Part shown: piece by piece, positions 60,095-64,000 of the stretch
How the letters are laid out: every line of letters begins with the position of its first letter
How positions within the stretch are numbered: the first letter of the stretch is position 1
NCBI GenBank assembly: GCA_963770755.1
Contig: CAVYQZ010000009.1
Coordinates: 209,195 to 273,194, forward strand
Length of the DNA: 64,000 bases
Origin: Candidatus Aminicenantes bacterium
GTDB taxonomy: Bacteria > Acidobacteriota > Aminicenantia > UBA2199
Direction of reading: 5' to 3'
The notes under the pieces: generated by a model
Database searches by the model: none
What the model saw: the letters and a program-made list of their open reading frames with translations, nothing else
What the model was told of the DNA's origin: nothing
Made by a program: the position numbers and the translations under genes

Positions 60095-61210
60095 ACTATG
60101 GCGAAAAATCAAACGCTGGGGGCACAGCGCTTGCGCCGCCGCCATCTTGCTGCTGGCTCTAACCCATGTGGGCTGGGGCCAGGATATAACCAGCGCTGAA
60201 GCCGCTTCCCCGGACCGGAACGGATTTATCATCACTCCGGTGATCAGCTATGCTCCCGAAACTCTCCTGGCTTGGGGTTTCGCCGGCATCCATTATTTCC
60301 AGTTCGGCCGTTCCCCTTTGCCCACCCGGCTTTCGCACTACCGCTTCAACTTGATCTATACCCAGAAAGCAGACAATCGCCCAGATCGATTATGAACTCC
60401 ACCTGGCCAGCGGCAAAATCATCCTGAACGGCCAGGCAAAATATTCGCTTTATCCCGATCGTTTTTACGGCATCGGCAACCGCAGCGCCAAGGAGAGCCG
60501 CGAGGATTTCAACGCGCGCAACTGGCGGCTGCAACTGAACGCCCAGCGCCGCTGGGGTGAAAACATCTTCACCGGGCTGCGTATGGAAGATTTACCCAGA
60601 GTCTCCTCGAGACCGAAGCCGACAGCCTGCTGACCGCGGGCGACATTCCGGGCAGCCGCGGCATGAGGCTATCGGGGATCGGGCTGTTCAGCCGCTGGGA
60701 CAGTCGCGACAACACGTTTTCACCGGCCAAAGGCGCCTATGGCGCCGTTTTTCTGAATTGCTTCACCAAGCTGCTGGGCAGTAATTTCGACTTCAGCCAG
60801 TTGACGCTGGATGCCAGGAAATATTTCTCCCTGGGCCGGGGATCGGTGCTGGCGTTCCAGGGAATGTTCAAATCGACGTGGGGCGAATCCCCTTTCAAAC
60901 CATGCCCCTGGTGGGCGGCTCGAGCCTGTTGCGCGGCTTCTACGAAGGCCGCCTGCGCGACAATTGCCTGCTGGCCCTGCAGACGGAATACCGCCTGCCC
61001 GTGGTATGGCGTTTCGGACTGTGCGCTTTTGCCGGCCTGGCGCAGGTGCAATCCAAACCGGGATTGATGTCGTTGGGGGGATTTCACAGCGCCGGCGGCA
61101 TTGGCGTGCGCTACAAATTCAATTCCCGGGAAAACCTGAATATCCGTCGGCACGTTGGTTTTGCCGAATCGTCGCCCTCCTTTTACCTGACTTTCGCCGA
61201 AGCTTTTTGA
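60072..61210 (+). pseudogene. Omp85/BamA-family (surface antigen D15-like) outer-membrane beta-barrel, with at least three frameshifts
   Basis: Signal peptide. Successive frame pieces end at 60395, ~60600 and ~60890. The C-terminus ends …SFYLTFAEAF. Confidence 0.5.
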
Positions 61211-61304
61211 CCATTTTTTATAAAAAAATCAGTAGAATGGCATAAAACTCGCTACCCCTTTCGGAAGAGTGCTTTTTCGGTTATGAGACCGTAGGAGGAA
61301 ATAA

Positions 61305-62917
61305 ATGAAAAATTTCACCAGCCGTATCATCATCGTGGCCCTGATGGTACTGCTAATTGTTCCAGCTTCCGCGGCCGAAGATATCTTTGAACCGATAAAA
61401 AAAGGTGACTTGGACAAGATAAAGGCGATATTGGAGAGCGATCCCAGCCTGCTGAATGTCCGCGAAGCCAACGACCGCACTCCGTTGATGCAGGCCCTGT
61501 TTTCCCGTCAAGTCGCTGTCTTCAAGTTCCTGCTGGAAAAGGGTGCGGATTTCAACGCAGCCAATAAGGATGGTTTTACTACTTCATTTTGCCGTTTTTT
61601 TCAGCGCAAAGGAGCTGGTTGAAATGCTCATCGCCAAGGGCGCCGCGCTGGATGCCAATGCCAACATAATCGCCGCCACCCCCCTGGACCTGGCGGTCAG
61701 CGGCCGGCACACGGATATCGTCAAATTGCTGATCGCCAAGGGAGCCGCGCTGGATCCGCAAGGATAAAAATGGGTTTACGCCGCTCATGAAAGCTATTTC
61801 GACCGGGCAGGCGGACATGGTCCAGATATTGGTCGACAAAGGGGCTTCCCTCAATGAGAAAGACAAAATGGGCAGCACGCCGCTGCTCCTGGCCTCCCTG
61901 ACCGGCCAGAAAGTCCTGGCGGAATGGCTGATCGAAAAAGGCGCCGATGTGAACGCGATGAATGACCTCGGCGGCACGCCGGCCAGTGTTGCGTTCCGGG
62001 AAGGGCACCGGGATATTGCAGACATGCTCATTGCCAAGGGAGCAAACAAAGAGAGCATCATTGAGCCCGTCCTGGAAGGAGACTACCTGGGGCAGAAAAC
62101 CCCCGGAACCATGCCGGAACGTTTCGCTCCGGGATCTGATCGACTGAAAAGAACGAATTGAATTCGGTTTTTTCCGCGGACGGCCGCGAGTTCTACTTTG
62201 CCATCCAAACCGGCCAGATGAAGTGGGTTATCATGGTGTATGAAACGCGTGAACGACCGCTGGTCCAAGCCGGTTCCGGCTTCGTTTTCAGGCCAATACA
62301 GCGACGTCGACCTGTTCATTTCGGCAGATGGCCAGAAGCTGCTCTGACTGTTCCAACCGCCCCCTGGAGAAAAAGGGGCGGAAAAAAAGGATTTCGACAT
62401 CTGGGTGGTGGAGCGCGACGGGGACGACTGGTCCAAACCCAAGCACATGGGAGCCCCGGTCAATTCAAACGAATCGGAATTCTATCCTTCGCTGACTAAG
62501 GACGGCACCCTGTATTTTCAATCACAGCGTCCCGACAGCCGCGGCTCGAAAGACATTTACCGTTCCAGACCGGTGGACGGCAAATACAAAAAAATCGAAA
62601 ACGTCGGCGACGTCATCAACAGCCCCCTCTTCGAAGGGGATGTCCTTATCGCGCCCGACGAAGATTACATGATCTATTCCGTCGATCGTCCCGAAGGATT
62701 CGGCCGGGGGGATTTGTACATCAGTTTCCGCGATGAGAACGACGGCTGGACGACCCCGAAAAACATGGGCGACCAGATCAACAGCGAACATAACGAGAAT
62801 TGCCCGATACTTTCTCCGGATGGAAAATTCCTTTTCTTCACCCGCAATGACGATATCTACTGGCTGGATGCGGGTGTTATCCAGAGCTTCAAGGAGAACA
62901 AACCCAGTATTGAATAA
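61305..62917 (+). pseudogene. Secreted ankyrin-repeat plus PD40/TolB-like beta-propeller protein, multiply frameshifted
   Basis: Signal peptide; ANK repeats (TPLMQA…, TPLDLAV…, TPLLLA…); PD40 repeats (…SPDGKFLFF…). Five overlapping ORF fragments in different frames. Confidence 0.5.
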
Positions 62918-63144
62918 TCCACTGGATCAGAGCGGCGGGATCAAGCAGCCAACCGAAGGGCCTTGGTCGGGAAAACCTCAAACGCCCTTTGTTAGGCCTT
63001 GCTCCGGATGGGATTTGTTTCAGTCCCGGCCGTCGCCGGACGGGACGGTAAGCCCTTATCCTGCTGATGCTCCGCCATGATACCAAGAGATGCGATTTTT
63101 TGATAGAGGTTGCGGCGGCGATCAATCATTCCATCATTGCAGGA

Positions 63145-63372
63145 TCACCCCGCCGGCGGGCTCTCCTGGTCTTTGCCTGACAGTTTCTGCTTCCGGCCAA
63201 TGAAAAAATAACTTAGCGGACCTATGAAAGGCACGAAGATAACGACCAAAAGCCATATGAGTTTGTCGTTCCCCTTGAAATCATTTTTCAGGATGTCCAC
63301 GAAGGCGATCAGCCAGATCGGCACACAAAGAAGAACCAGCAATAAAATAATTTCCGTTATGCCTAAGCCCGT
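63145..63372 (-). CDS. PLDc_N (cardiolipin-synthase N-terminal-like) small membrane protein; start uncertain
   Basis: KLIWLLVVIFVPFIGPLSYFFIGR is typical of the PLDc_N family. Confidence 0.45.
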   Translation of the reverse strand, partial: TGLGITEIILLLVLLCVPIWLIAFVDILKNDFKGNDKLIWLLVVIFVPFIGPLSYFFIGRKQKLSGKDQESPPAG

Positions 63373-63454
63373 ATAACTCCTTGCAAAAATAATAAAGGTT
63401 AGAAGATAAAGGAGGTGCGGATGCACCAGGATGGCTTGATCAGCAGGGTTCCCA

Positions 63455-63789
63455 CTAGAGTGTCCACCAGAATATCGGGGAGGAGCTTGGACCGTATCTC
63501 CTACCCATGTATATACCATAGTCAGAAACGTTTCCTAGCCCATAGCCGATCTGCTCGGCCTTCCGACGGCAGTAGTCCATTCTCATCTCCACATTGATGT
63601 CCCTCCTGCATCCGACAGTGCCAAAGCTGAACCCGAACAAAGAGCCCTTCTGGCTCACCAGGCTGGCCTTGTCCACAATCTCCTGCTGGCGCCGGCGAAT
63701 TCGAAGCCAATCGTTACAGCAGCCTGCAACGGGATGTCTATAGAGCACCATGGCCGCCGCAATCAATAGCGGAAATTTTTTTGATTAAT
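63455..63789 (-). CDS. Small Cys-rich lipoprotein; the N-terminal signal is recovered only if one T is removed from the T7 run at ~63780
   Basis: With T6 the ORF reads MKLIKKFPLLIAAAMVLYRHPVAGCC… (lipobox VAGC). Confidence 0.35.
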
Positions 63790-64000
63790 TTCATTGGAGC
63801 CTCCTGTAAAAATTATCAATTACGCGGCTCTTGTCAAGTAATCCAAGGTTGAAGCGAGGCGCTGTTTTATGGCAAAGTAACATTTCTTTATCGCCGTTAA
63901 AAAGAAGGTTTCTTTTCAGGATCGGTATACTAGCCCATTACTGCTTTTGGCATGACGACTCGATCCTGAACTTTGTGATCTTTTCCCAATCTTCTTCACT

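Overview
High-GC (roughly 60%+) bacterial chromosomal segment, probably from a diderm anaerobe: OMP, Omp85, MltA, lipoproteins, Tat signals, Hdr/Qmo-type enzymes and radical SAM proteins are all present. Core genes, in order: ispG (partial), hsp20, MeaB GTPase and methylmalonyl-CoA epimerase, a GH57 glycosidase, a YfcC-type transporter, a membrane-fused spermidine-synthase-like protein, an S41 tail-specific protease, and a TusA/ArsR/MvhD/HdrA(GltD-fusion)/HdrA/QmoC-like/DsrE/radical-SAM redox cluster. These are followed by a DEAH helicase, a THUMP RNA methyltransferase, MltA, a Hanks kinase, flavoproteins, thiD, serA, an acyl-CoA synthetase, a three-part AmmeMemoRadiSam system, a carboxyltransferase, tRNA-Thr, a split NAD synthetase, rsmI, Omp85 and an ankyrin/PD40 protein. 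Low-GC accessory segments interrupt this: two tandem RHH/RelE-ParE TA pairs plus a Fic protein (6.7-8.9 kb), a PIN/RHH TA cassette (22.1-23.5 kb), and an ~8 kb AT-rich island next to tRNA-Thr (45-53.2 kb) carrying four tandem paralogous secreted beta-propeller lipoproteins, two of them disrupted. Several non-genic structures recur. One is a family of ~55-nt bulged hairpin (REP/BIME-like) elements in three clusters; one cluster sits inside a duplicated tRNA-Thr 3' fragment. Others are long low-complexity inverted-repeat hairpins downstream of genes: a (GTGAAAA)n/(TTTTCAC)n heptamer array, two copies of a GGGAAG/CTTCCC element, and one CCAA/TTGG element. Many apparent frameshifts, some in homopolymer or low-complexity tracts, are concentrated in the last ~17 kb; they indicate either sequence-quality problems or real pseudogenisation.
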